A stretch of DNA of 63,799 nt, the filler included, from Phoronis australis (Eukaryota > Animalia > Phoronida): the NCBI GenBank assembly GCA_002633005.1. It is 8 parts of 8 records of this genome, joined end to end, with 100 filler letters (N's around TTAATTAATTAA, not from the genome) between each part and the next. Parts side by side here need not be neighbours in the genome. Positions count along the whole stretch, not along the records: positions 48,495 to 59,128 come from NMRA01001637.1; positions 59,229 to 62,649 come from NMRA01003030.1; 6 more parts are not named here. One strand, 5' to 3'. Shown piece by piece: positions 50,381-62,649 of the stretch; the first letter of the stretch is position 1; each line of letters opens with the position of its first letter. The translations under genes and the position numbers were made by a program. Below the pieces are notes generated by a model that searched no databases, was not told the DNA's origin, and saw nothing but the letters and a program-made list of their open reading frames with translations.

Positions 50381-50626
50381 GGCCCGTTCCCACAAAACAG
50401 ACTAAGCTAAGACAAATCTTAAATTTTAGTAAATTTTAAAATACAAGTTAAATTTGTCTCAAAACTAATTTAAGAAAGAGATATAAAGTTCGACTTAAGT
50501 GCGTGGCATAAGTTTTGTCTTAATTGACTAACTTACCGAATGTGGAAGTTTCAGAGTTTGGAATTTAAGAAAAATCTTAAACTTAAGTCAAAAATGAACT
50601 TAAGTCAGATTCTTGGAGCAGGCTCT
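50381..50626. mobile_element. PIF/Harbinger-like MITE inserted in the second Kolobok copy
   Basis: About 250 bp absent from the first copy (empty site gagtagaactactcgat). Imperfect TIRs ggcccgttcccacaaaacagactaag / cttaagtcagattcttggagcaggc, with internal CTTAAG repeats. Superfamily assignment is tentative. Confidence 0.55.
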
Positions 50627-51299
50627 TGAACTATTCGATCAAAATTGATACAAATTAGGTTGTTTTTTTGGGTGGCATGCTCCTTAAAACTTTTATGGTT
50701 GCAAGCGGGAAGTTGAAATTGAGCAGGAAATTCAGAAGCCCTTCAGAAACTTAGGACTTGTAAGAAATCTGGCAGGTCGACACCCTCTTTTCACCTGATT
50801 TTTGTAATCCATTACAGCGTTCTGTCGTTCAGTCACTTTTCCAGACGAGTGAGGGGTGCTGAACGTGCGATAACACCTGGCTCTTTTGTTAACTACCCAG
50901 CTCAGTCTTTTGTCCTGTCTGATAAAAAGCAGGCCAATTATCTCCCAGGCTTCAAAGGAAACGTATGGACGTTGCACGCTATTACCGAACGCGTATGAAC
51001 AGTCAAACCCAGTGCGTCCGTTTGGACAGAATAGATTGTCTTAACTTCTGTTGTAGTGGGGCGGTGTAGGTGGTAAAATTAGAGGTAAGTATAGGCGCTC
51101 AAAGCCCATCGTTCCACCTTGAGCACTGACCGCAACTTACGGTACGTAGTCGCTACGTTTAAATGCCAAAAGATGGTTGGCTGCGCCTACGTGCGCCTAC
51201 GCTTCACTACAGCACTGGTCAGTCTGAGTAATCTTTCTCTCAGTTCGTAGTATTTGCATGCTAATGGCAACTTTGGCAGTGAAAGTTGCTGATTTGGAT

Positions 51300-51368
51300 C
51301 ACAGGCGTCCTCAGCTTCTGATCATTATATAGTGTATTGGGGACGATCGGAAGCTGAGGACGCCTGTG
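51300..51368. repeat. 69-bp hairpin / micro-MITE
   Basis: 24-bp arms CACAGGCGTCCTCAGCTTCTGATC / GATCGGAAGCTGAGGACGCCTGTG (one mismatch), 21-nt loop, flanks ATTTGGAT / ATTTGGAG. Confidence 0.75.
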
Positions 51369-53631
51369 ATTTGGAGTAGGCCTAGCCTATTTTTGGTCAT
51401 TAATTAGTCGGCTGCACTTCCGCGTAAAAGATGGAGAACTTGACTTTTTAATCAGTTTAAGCTCAATAGACTTTGTGCAAGGTTTTCGAAGTTTCTGGCC
51501 CAGTATACTGCTCATATTTCTGGTATTGTACATGCGGGACAGACTTGGAGCTGTCAAGGCCTGTTTCTTCAAACCCAAAATCTGCAAGAACTGTTGAGTA
51601 CCACCGTAGTAAAGATCGAGCATGGCACACTCGCTCGCGAAAAAGTTGCCTTTCAATCACGTGATTTTGCGTGGTTTTGCATTTTTGCGAGATTGTTACG
51701 TCTACGGAACGCACCATTGTTATAGGCCCTTACAACGTACGAATTTATTAATGATAAAGCCTTGGACCAAGAGGGCCGTCCCAGATTACACAGCGACACT
51801 CGAATCTCGTTGTATTTACTCTGAATACCGAAAACATCCGTACGGTACATTTGCTACCTCGTTTTCGTGTCATTGAAGCTGGCATGTTATTTTTTGTTGT
51901 CTTATTCTTTACAAGTTTTTCTCGGTTGCATTGCTCTATTCGTCCTTCCTGTGCTAACGAAGTACAATACTATTGGCTGCAACTCCGAAGTGAGAAAGTT
52001 TAAGTTAAACAAATACCAGTGGATGCGGGATGTGAATTTCTTTGCCTTCCCTACATCAATGAGAGACACGAAAACTGTCTGATTTCCAAAAAGAGGTCAT
52101 GTGCTTTCATAACTCCGGGACATAGGAGAATTCTACCGCCGTGTAATTCGGGACTGTCCAAGTGAAATTCACCGATTACTTCAAAGCGAAGAGTAACCGT
52201 CGCTAACTTAGCTCTTAAAGTTTCCAGTTTCCGCTAGAACTAGAAAGCGCAGCGTGAGTAGTTGAAAACGTTATTTATGTTCAACGTATGTCTCGAATAA
52301 TAGGTAAATGATACGTGCGTCGCAAGCTCGTTACCAGAGATGAAAAGGAGACCGAGGTTGGCGATATAAGGTCATCTATTATTACTAATTCAATTACAAT
52401 TACAAGTAAATATAGGCCTAGTGAATACAAATAAGTAAAATAAAAATTATAATCTTTCGTAAGATGGGTAATAAAAAGCGCCGGCGACGTGGAAGTACAT
52501 GTATGAGAGAATGACGAGAAACTGGGTGGTAGATGGTGTGAAAAATTAATAAGTTTTGGAACGTACGACAATGTGGCCAGAACAAAGGTGAACTGCAAAC
52601 GAGGTTACAATAACAAAAAAATGCTTAAGGAAACGTGACAATCATCAGCCTATGAGAGCCAACTGAGCTGAGCAAACTCAAGGCACGTGATAACAACAGA
52701 CCAATACAAAAGCGTTAAATTTGACTAAGAAAATTCAAAATGCATTTCATAATAAGTAAAATGTATCGAATTGTCCAAACACCTTAGAAATCATGTGATA
52801 ACGTTCAACTAATGGCCCGACAGCTTGAATAAAAGTAAAAATTCATGTTAACAATTCTTGACACCACTACATGTACGTTGTTTAATTTAGATGATTTACA
52901 GCAGTTGTTCAACCCAAGCTATTGAAGAACTATAGGTTTCGTCAGTTTACTGGAACTCAAACAAACATGATTTTGAAAGAGTGCTGACATTTTAACTACA
53001 TAACTATATCTAACTCAAAACGTCGCATCCCAAATTGTACATGTACGTGGGAGTACTAAACACACCTACAGAGCAGTTGAAGCCATTGTAACAACATTTC
53101 CTCTAGATTCCTCTTTTTATGTTTTCTTTTTGCTGCAAAATATCGGTTTAGATTTTCATGGTGACGGTTATTGTTTCTCTCTGTTTCTCCGTGCTTAGAA
53201 ACTTTACGTTTTTATAACCATTACAGCAAAGATAAATCAAAATTCGTTTCTGGGTCCGTCCCGTGTGGTGGTTGTTTGTTTTCGTTCATCTTGCACAGTA
53301 ATGTCTATTTACCTTGTCTCATCATCATAAATAATAGAAATCTCGCCCTTCTTCTATGCCACTGAATATTGATCACAATAAGTCAACTATTAAACATATT
53401 TTTCGGATTATATTTGATTATAACTTTACTCACAACCAATCAATTTCCTGGCACACAAGCAATATTTCAACTCAGAAGCTGTCGCCTACGAGTTTAGTAT
53501 GAAAGAGAGAAGCGACTCTTTCTACGTTATTGCGTCATTGTAACATGGTTGCACTCGTATGCTACGTTTAGCCTCAAACGTATTGCTGGCGCAAACATTG
53601 AACGACCCATCCTGTACACTAGTTCAGTCAC

Positions 53632-54798
53632 TTAAACTCTCATCCAAACAGTTTGCGAATCTTCCCGTGATACCTTTAAAAGTTCTCCAGTAACTGTGTC
53701 GATGGCAACCAAGTCAACTTTTGCATCAACGCTTATGAAAAACGCGTTTTCTGGAAAATCTGCATGAAACGGCGTACTTTTGAAAAGCTGTCCTGAAGAA
53801 CTTGTGAAATACACAGAATCATGACCGACTCCGATATGATGAACTGTAGCTGACGTAGGCACCAGTGAAACAACAAGCGTCCAACTAGTTCCCTTTTCAT
53901 CTGGTCTGTCACCGTAAGTTCCCTTTTTGTAGAAAATCGCATTTGCACGGGCTATCCACACCCCAGCTCTACCAATACATAATGCAGAGCCTAATACACC
54001 CATCGGCTCAACAACAAACCTATTTTGCCCTGTATCAAAAGTGTACACATACCCTAGTTCGTGAAGTCCATTATTTGTTGCCCAAACGCTTCCGGAAATA
54101 GGCGATACGGTGACGTGTTCCGTATTACCTGGGACATTCACTCGATCAGTGGTTTTAAGACTTTCAATGACAGTTTCGTTAGTGAGCCCTGGAATAAAGA
54201 ACGTGCTATAAGTTGATCCGGATCTTTGGACAACCCAAACGACTTCATTGCCAGCGGAAACACTTTTGGCAGAGGCGCCCTCCAGTAGAGCAGACATGTC
54301 CTTCCAACCAGTGGACGTCATGGCAGTGACCGTTCTTACCGACCTGTGAGAGCCCATCTTGTAATAAAGTTTGCCGAATCTGTTGATTGCCCAGACGCCC
54401 GCACTGCCGCACGTCAGCCGCGACACATCCGTGATTCCCGGCAGCTTTAACCAGCGGGATTTTGGTAATCCAAAATGTATTTCGTACACTGTTGAAGATG
54501 AGGCGTTTGACAATGCAAGGGCTTGACCAAACGGTAGATTCACCCAAGTAAATATGCCACAAACAAATTGTACATCGTGACAGCTCGTGTTATGGCGCGT
54601 AGCACTTACGGCTCGACATTTTCTGTTTCTCAAACACAACAGTCTACATTTACTCTCTTCCCAAACCTTTTCTATACTCGAGGCAACTCCGTTGATACGC
54701 CTTTGCTGATAAACATTGAATAATGCACCACAGTTGACAAAAGCGAGGTGAACAATTAGAAGTGTTGTACAAGACAACGCCGCTTGTAGACTCAACAT
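53632..54798 (-). CDS. Secreted PAN/Apple-domain + tectonin (TECPR) beta-propeller lectin-like protein, 388 aa
   Basis: First in-frame ATG at 54798. Signal-like MLSLQAALSCTTLLIVHLAFVNCG; PAN pattern CRLLCLRNRKCRAVS...C; tectonin repeats WLKLPG..VSRLTCGSAGVWAINRFGKLYYKMG...GW, VSAGNEVVWVV, VTVSPISGSVWATN, IGRAGVWIA...IFYKKGTYGD...GTSW, IGVGHDSVYF. Uninterrupted ORF. Confidence 0.8.
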   Translation of the reverse strand: MLSLQAALSCTTLLIVHLAFVNCGALFNVYQQRRINGVASSIEKVWEESKCRLLCLRNRKCRAVSATRHNTSCHDVQFVCGIFTWVNLPFGQALALSNASSSTVYEIHFGLPKSRWLKLPGITDVSRLTCGSAGVWAINRFGKLYYKMGSHRSVRTVTAMTSTGWKDMSALLEGASAKSVSAGNEVVWVVQRSGSTYSTFFIPGLTNETVIESLKTTDRVNVPGNTEHVTVSPISGSVWATNNGLHELGYVYTFDTGQNRFVVEPMGVLGSALCIGRAGVWIARANAIFYKKGTYGDRPDEKGTSWTLVVSLVPTSATVHHIGVGHDSVYFTSSSGQLFKSTPFHADFPENAFFISVDAKVDLVAIDTVTGELLKVSREDSQTVWMRV

Positions 54799-56559
54799 TA
54801 AGCAGCAATAGTTTCCCGTAGTGCTACAGCTATTCGATAATCCAACCAGTAGCGAACTAATGAAGTATGAATGTGCTTTCAACTTAATAACATTACGCAA
54901 AGACAACACAAATTCCCTTTCCAATTATACTGACAATGTTTTGATTACCAAGATCAACATATAGTTTGAATGATATTTTTTTATCATAAATGTATGTACG
55001 AGTTCGTGTGTATGTATATGTGTTACAATAGTCCCTAGTGATTTGTGAGGGCGTTCTCATTAAATACCTGGTTGAATGAGATTTCAACAGTTACTTGAGT
55101 GTTAACACATAATATAAAGAAACCAGATGTTATCACAACGAAACTGTTGGCAATAAATCATGAATCCTCTTTTGGCACAATCTGAAGCCGAGTGACACTC
55201 TGCCATATTAGATTTACCCTGAACTCGGAAGTTAGATTCGTTCAAGAAGAACTGGATAACAAGGCCGTCTACCTGGCTGTGCTGGATGCGAAAAATAACC
55301 GCGTCAAGCTTCTCACTCTAGAATAGTTACCATCGCAATTTACTGCACTCCTCCCGATTACGCGCCATCTTTTCGCCAGTCTGCATGTTCGATTAATGAA
55401 TTGCAGGGTTTTATTCTTAGTTAATACTATGAGTATAATACAACACTGTTTCAATATTGTTTCGTTTTATCGCTACTCAATAGATGGCGTTGCTAGTATG
55501 TAATTAGCCATGTCGGCGAACACGTATATGTTTTACTCACACTAATTACAGCTAGTTTTGAAACAAACACCCAGGTTAATATTGGTTGTAAATTTAATAA
55601 TTGAACTAGTAAATCAATATAACAAGGAATAACTTTTCGTGGGGCGAAGTGAACCATGCCAACTCTCGAGGATGCTTCCTACCCTTGGACACAGCGCCAC
55701 CTATACCTTTCGTAGCACTGTGAACGAGTGTAGGAGGCTCCCTCGATGGTGACCGGGCAGAAGAAATAAACAAAGTGCAGATGCGTGTTATTGCAATTCT
55801 TGTGAAGAACTTACTATTTTGAATTCAAGATTTATTTTGTTTATTTGTGGAATATTCCACGTGCGTGTAATGTTTTTGTGCCACTTAACATTATCAACGA
55901 CCAACGAGGCTGGTGTTACAATGTTATGTTTGTGTTTTTTAAGGTGATATTTATTTATTCAAGAATACTCAGAACTATACACGGAAAATGATGAAAGCCT
56001 TAAATTGCACAGTATGGTTCTTTGTCTTGTGAAGTACCATACATGTATCTATAAGCAACGATTGAATTATAAAAATCCCAGCCTTGCACTGTTTCAAAAG
56101 CAGGTTGCAATAAACATTTCCATTGAAAGATACATTTATAGAAACTAAATGAAATACGATGAATTGATAGAACGCGGGTAAGGTCTTGATATTTTTGTTT
56201 ATTACGAATGAATCATAGCCTCTACTGGTTAAATTAACTTTGTATATATTGACCTTTTAACTGATCCTTGACTTAACAGAAAGTTATTAACTGTCGTGAG
56301 GACAATGTAATTGTGATATGTACCGTATTGAATAAAAAAGTTGATAAAGAAAGAAGAGAAGAGAGCCTAATACGCTACCCGGCATTTACAAACCAAAGAG
56401 GGGATGGTGTTGTAAGAACACATTCGACACGAACACTGTATGTACGATCAGACAGAAATGAGGTAATCACATTTAGAAGTTATCCAATAATGCCATAGGA
56501 TCGGAGTTAGTTGTGGAGTAGAATGTAATGGATGGACACAATCGGAAGCAGAGGCTATA

Positions 56560-57020
56560 TCTGACGCTCTCGCCCTTCTCAAAATGTAAATGAATGTCAT
56601 GTACTATTTCAACAAGTTGTGCCACGGTGTTGTTCCTAGGCAAAAATCCAAATTGACGATGATAAATCAATTCGTTTTGTTTGTGAAATGTAAGAATATT
56701 TTGAGCAATGATTGTCTCGAAGATTTAGGATAGGGTGTTGAGTAACGTTATTGGGCGATAGTTAGAAATTTCAGTTTTAGAGTCTTTTTGTGTATAGGGA
56801 CCATAATTCAATGTTTCCAAAAAGACGGATACACACAAGAATTTTGTTAAAAAGGTTGGTTGAAGGTATGGTTATTTCATTGGCAATCGTTTTGATCATT
56901 CTCCTGGTGATAAAAGCTATGCTATCATTCTTATTGCGGTCAATTTCATTGATATACATGTACTTGCGGACGTCTGTTTGATTAGCCAGGATATGAGAGT
57001 TAATTGAGATAACGTTCATG
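56560..57020 (-). mobile_element. CR1/L2-type LINE RT relic
   Basis: Degenerate frames read IANEITIPSTNLFN..., VPIHKK, NYRPITLLNTLS*IFE and QFGFLPRNNTVAQLVEIVHDI. Confidence 0.75.
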
Positions 57021-57664
57021 GGAAAAGGGAAAGTTACCTACAGTGTACCTCAGCTGTTGTAACGCGCCTTTTGTTCGTGAAAACCTTGTGGAATAGGTCA
57101 CGCTTGTCTCTCCTACTTGATGCTAGGTTACCATTGTGGCTGATGACTGGGTAAGAGGATTGTTGTTGACTGCCGCGTATTTTATTGATAATATTTCAGT
57201 GTTCTTTGGAGTTCTTGCGTACATTGTTAATTTGTGATAAAAGCTTTTGGAAATTCTACACTGAAAACTATGTATCTCTGCATGCTTACCCTAAGATCTT
57301 TGTTAGCACAGGTAAGGTCAGGAAATTTGCAAGAGATGGAATTAAGAAGGTTCTCGGGGGAAATCCATTCAATGATAGACTATGTAAAGTACGTAACCGA
57401 AGATGAAGACAAAATGCATTCATGTTCGTTTGCACCGGATATAGTAACTGTAAGAACGGTGTTCCTAATTAAATTCTCCTTTTTAAAAAATGTTTCTAAA
57501 TTATCCACAAGCTCTTGAGAAGTTTTGGATTAGGCCACTACTGAGATTGCCGCCAGAGTACATGTAGCCTGTATGATTGTGCATTGTATAAACCCAAGAA
57601 GCTGGACATGTATTACTGAAAAAGTCTGTATTGCATTCTGGGATGCACGCATGCCACTATAATA

Positions 57665-57745
57665 AACATACATACATACATACACACTGTACATACATGC
57701 ATACATACACACACACACACATATACATGTATATATATATAAATA
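57665..57745. repeat. Compound (TACA)n/(CA)n/(TA)n microsatellite
   Basis: acatacatacatacatacacac...acacacacacac atatacatgtatatatatat. Confidence 0.85.
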
Positions 57746-57789
57746 TAAAGCGCGCATCACGTGTGTTCTATAGTGCCATGATATAGTTT

Positions 57790-58310
57790 GCCTGGTGCTG
57801 TTTGTTTGGAAAAGTCACAGGATGTGTCCAGAGCAGAAGCCGAGTTACAGTATGTAACTGGCGTTCGTGAGTACAGTGCATATGGCTAATTGGTCAAAAT
57901 GCAAACTCCCTATTTACAAATGTGTTAAGTCGGAGTTGTGTGGTTATGGTAGTCTTGTTCTAATTGGTTATCGTATCGTGATACTCGACACGTTGCGTGT
58001 GCGTGCTCTTGATTTAGCGCACGAAGAACACTAAAGCACGGTGTGGTGGCCAGGTATGGACTGTAAGTCTCGGTTGCCACTCATTGGTGAACTCAGTAAG
58101 TCTCAACCCATGCAGCGCACGCACGGAAATAAAAATTGGTCCCTGACAAGATATTGCGATTGATTTGATGGGCCAGATGCCAACTGGAGAACACATTTTT
58201 GTCGCTGTGGACTATTATAGTCGTTTTTTTTAAATTTAACAGACCAAAACGTACTTTGTCTTGTATGGTTGAGTTACTGGAACGTATATTTGAGACACAC
58301 GGCTGTCGTT
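57790..58310 (+). mobile_element. Ty3/Gypsy integrase relic
   Basis: RIVILDTLRVRALDLAHE, VWWPGMD and GP*QDIAIDLMGQMPTGEHIFVAVDYYSRFF (zinc-binding region and start of the integrase core), with stops and deletions. Confidence 0.8.
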
Positions 58311-60510
58311 GTCCACGATGTAGACTAAGGTTTAAGAAATTATGTTACTATATCAAGATCACATTGAGGTTTTAGTGAGTTGGTACGTGTAAACTGGATG
58401 AAAAGGATCACGTTGGGAGAATTGAAGAATATTGCAAATGAACTTAACGAATGGTCGGTGGCATCTCGAATTTAGGAGCTGGCAGCGTCAACCTATATCC
58501 GCAAAGACCGATCGGTTACTGAGTGTCACTGGGAGAATTGAAAGTGCGGGTGTTTGAATAAATCACCACGAACGCTGAGCAACTTAAACACTGTGTAGGC
58601 TAAAGGTAATGTACTGTGCTCGCCAATGCCGTCATCAAAAAGAATGTGTTATTTATGACCACGATCAGTCACTGTGCCTGCATGATTCTTTGCAATGCCT
58701 CTTGGCAATTTCTGGGTCTGTATATTTATCGTACAGAATATTTTATAATAAACATTAAAAAATCTTGATAATGAAACAACCCAGACCTCGAAAGATTGCT
58801 AACGAGCAAAATCATTACATGTATCTTTCCACCATACCAATCAACATCCAATCCCGTTGGTCGAGTCAATACTCCAAAAAGTGTCCAGTCACATGAGTGA
58901 AAGCTGTTTGTAACTTGGCACGCGATTCGTCAATTTCCGAGTCGAGTTATGAGTCAGCTTTGATGTTCACGTGTCCTGTTAAAATTTGCGAAGGGTTGGA
59001 CTTGTCGCCGGAGACCACGTAATCAATGGTAGAGGGACAGTCATCTCCGGCGATTTGCATGAGAGAGGCTGTACAGAACCTGTGCCGGTTTTGTGACTGA
59101 TATTGCTTGACCAACTCAAACGGGTAAANNNNNNNNNNNNNNNNNNNNNNNNNNNNNNNNNNNNNNNNNNNNTTAATTAATTAANNNNNNNNNNNNNNNN
59201 NNNNNNNNNNNNNNNNNNNNNNNNNNNNCGCCCACCCCCGATTTTTTGGGTTTGCCAATTTAACCGCCCAGGGCGTTAACCCGAGCGTTTACGGTATCTA
59301 TTAGTGAGCTGATGCTATCCTCTGGATTTCCGTTTTATTCGTGGCATTTTGCACCACCTATTGGCCATTTTTACAACAAATACAAAATGGACGCAAATTT
59401 CTGGATGAGTTCAATATTAGTCATCCTCTTTTCTCTAGTCCTAAGATCTTCTTTGGAGTTATTTACATTATGTTTCAAAAATGTACACTGAACTGGTGTT
59501 ACCTACCTTTTGACACTTCTAAGAATGGCTTTCCTACCAGTGTATGACATAAGTCCTCCAAGGCATTCATGACAGACCCAGAACAGCAAGCAAAATGTTA
59601 TAAGTTCCTTTAATAATACCAATACCTATTCTTTGATCAATTAAATGCAAAATGTTAAAGTTAGAATGACAAAGTAGATTAGTCATTCATTGTAGCAAGC
59701 TATTTGTCCCCATGAAATTTTGTTACGAAGAGAATTTCGTCAGATTTTTTTAGTAATGTATTATTAATTTTGTTAACTGCATCAGGACAAGCTAATGGTG
59801 TTTGATGTTGGTAAAATCAGGCTCTGTTTTGAAGTACCAAGTCAGTCCCAAAGTTTAAATCCTGACACAGGAATTTTTAAAGTTGACTCATTGTGGCAAA
59901 ATTCAAACTCATTACTGCGATAAGACAAAACATCCTCCTGTTCAGTAATCCTAGGACCATATTGCCCTAATGAGAACACCTGATGTTGGATAGATTTTAG
60001 CTAGGTCCTAGCATTACTGAACACACACCTAGTTGTGGAGAACACTGTTTTGGCGTCTGCCTCTCTGTCAACCAAACCACTCTAAGGATGGTTGTGGAAA
60101 TTGGCTTGTATGTTCCTATTGTGAAGTGGAAGTCTGACAAGGATTTTCCGACGTCATTCTTTTACTGTGGTGCCTCTTAGTGGCAGTTATGATGTTTTTC
60201 GCCTATAGCCTTTTAGTGGCAATTTCTTTTTTCATTTTCCTTGGTTTCTCTGAAGTTCCTTGACGGATTTTTATGAAATTTGGTAAATAGCTTTGATGAC
60301 ATATACCAGTTTTCAGATGGATTCGAAGTATTTTGTGCCATCTAATGGCCATTTTTATGTTCCAAATAAACACCCGTAGAAGCAAACATTTGCGGTGCAT
60401 TGTGGGCGCATTTCAATATTCCGCGTTGCTTTTGTCACTGTTTTTATCTCTAAGATATCTTCCAGATAAGTGCAATACTCGTGACGATACAAAAGATGCA
60501 CTAAGGTTAT

Positions 60511-60662
60511 AGTTATGACCAGATAAAAACTAGTTATAACATATGGCTAGCTAAAAACTAGTTATAATTATGGCCAGCTAAAAGCTAGTTGAAATTATGG
60601 CCAGCTAAAAGCTAGTTGTAATTATGGCCAGCTAAAAGTTAGTTATAATTATGGCCAGTTAA
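60511..60662. repeat. 27-bp tandem repeat, about 5.5 copies
   Basis: Consensus ATGGCCAGCTAAAAGCTAGTTATAATT. Confidence 0.85.
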
Positions 60663-61417
60663 CTGCTAAACATGTTTATTGTCCTCTTGGCACCAACAAT
60701 GTGCTGCACCGTTTTTTTTTTTTTACTTCAGATATTTCTGTTCTTAGGCATCACAAAAAAGGTGGTAATTACTCGCGGACAGCACAAAGCTTCATCATTG
60801 CATTCTAGTAGTTTCTAAACGGGTCACACGCATTTTTAGACAATCGTAATGTCGGCATTACATTCTGATGTAGCGAGTCTATCTACATTGTAATGTATGG
60901 AAAACACTTGTGCAATATCACGTGATCCTCTGTGCCTGTCTCTTACTTTGGACTGGGGATTCTCAGTATTGTGACGAAAGAGGGATGCTTTTGAATTATA
61001 AACTTGTTATGACTCTGAATGGAAGTCCTTGGCTGACTATGATCTTGGTAAGTGCCAGTTCCATCAACGTGACTGCACTGAAAAGTCATTTATAGTTATG
61101 GGATGCGATGTCACTGGTTGGAACGTAGCAACGAGCTAGATTCAAAATTATTTAGGTGCCATTTTTGAAAGGGTGGATTCTAGATTTTGGAAATAAACTG
61201 AAACAAGGTTGTTTCAGAGCACACTTCAGGAATGTACTTGATGTCTGTTTGCATTGAGGCTCATGTCCAAGTTTATGGATATGATGTCAAGCGATGTGGA
61301 GGTATATGGAGTCTTTGTTGTGGTGGTCTGTGACGCCACTTCTGGCAATGTCATAGAATAAATAATAGAAATGAAAAGTACTGTCCAAGCTTTTAGATGA
61401 TGTTTGTTTTTAACCTG

Positions 61418-61570
61418 GGTCCATTTGCATAAAAGTTATACACTGGGTAGCAGTTATGATGTATTATCATAACTTATATTGCATTGCCGTTGTTCAGCAA
61501 TCCATCTGGCACCATGCATAAACCACAAGTTATGTAGAGGGTAAATTTTAAAATTTTATGCAACTTAGTC
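61418..61570. mobile_element. Small Harbinger-like MITE
   Basis: Imperfect TIRs ggtccatttgcataaaa / ttttatgcaacttagtc with CTG on both sides (3-bp TSD). Confidence 0.45.
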
Positions 61571-62541
61571 CTGTACTATTTAAACTTTAGTTTACAATGT
61601 GAAATTTGTTTTAACCAACATATATAACCATAATGCAATTATTGATAATTTGCATGTGCATAGTTGTTATAATTTGTCCTGTACCAACAGTTTGAAATTA
61701 TAATCTGCCGGTGTCCCTGCAGGGGCCTTTATTGAAGTGAAGAAGGAGGAGTGGGCTCTGGGAATAGAGAGCTGTCTCAAGTCCCTCATCCACTCTTACT
61801 GTTGCCATGACTACCATGATGAACGCGCCCTACAGGAGATTCTGAGGAGACGGTACCCGGCCACCTTTAAACCGTCCATTATCGTTAACAATTTCAGGGT
61901 GAGAACTTTGAAATTCCTGTTTTGTCTGTCTTTGAGATGCTTTACTGATTAACAGTCCTAATGAGATTCCAACCACTTGCAATAAACTGATACTTAATGT
62001 TTTGTTAGTGAACCTAAACACATGCCCGTGTATCACATTACTGTCAAGGTGTTGGGCTGTTGTTCTTTGTGCACTAAAGGTGTTCAGTAATTCATTTTAT
62101 GATAGTGCAAAACTTCATTTTAAGAGAAGCAAATTTGATACCAGCTTGTTCATTAAGAAAATACTCTCTGCCACATTTTGGAACACCTGTACTTAAAGCA
62201 TGTTGAAGTTAATATGTTCGGGTAATATGACTATTACCTTAGGACATCCCTTTTCACACGATACCATGAGTCAAATGTTTCGATTTAGTTTTGTGAAGGC
62301 CTCAAAAATAGTCATGAAATAAGGCGTGTTAACAAGTCCTCTTGTTTATACTTTAGTCAGATTAGAGCTCATAAATCTTGGCTTAAAACACTGTTTCATT
62401 CTTATTTTATCTTACTTTGAAGTTGATTATTATTGACTGCTTGTGCTGAGTGTGAGTTATTATCTCAACTTATAACTATGATAATTACTGAATGTAGAAA
62501 TGGGAAAAACTCTTTTAACTCCACTAGTACACTGATGAACG

Positions 62542-62649
62542 GTCACACCCATGGAGAGTCACACCCATGGAGAGTCACACCCATGAAGAGTCACACCCAT
62601 GGAGAGTCACACCCATGGAGAGTCACACCCATGAAGAGTCACACCCATG
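62542..62649. repeat. 16-bp minisatellite running into a gap
   Basis: Unit GTCACACCCATG(G/A)AGA, about 6.7 copies. Confidence 0.9.

Larger units (their letters stand above)
48771..50684 (+). mobile_element. Second Kolobok-like THAP element (inverted relative to 3241-6652), left TIR eroded
   Basis: Aligns along its length with the reverse complement of 3241-4883 + 6367-6652. The right end TTGGGTGGCATGCTCCT matches the TIR; only CCACCCGA remains at the left end. Confidence 0.8.

Noticed and set aside
51300-51368. Transib/RAG RSS-like ends (CACAGGCG)
   Set aside because: Not the CACAGTG heptamer, no nonamer, and no 5-bp TSD.
54799-54924. 42-aa N-terminal extension of the PAN-tectonin ORF
   Set aside because: It starts at a non-ATG codon; the first in-frame ATG (54798) directly precedes a signal-like peptide.
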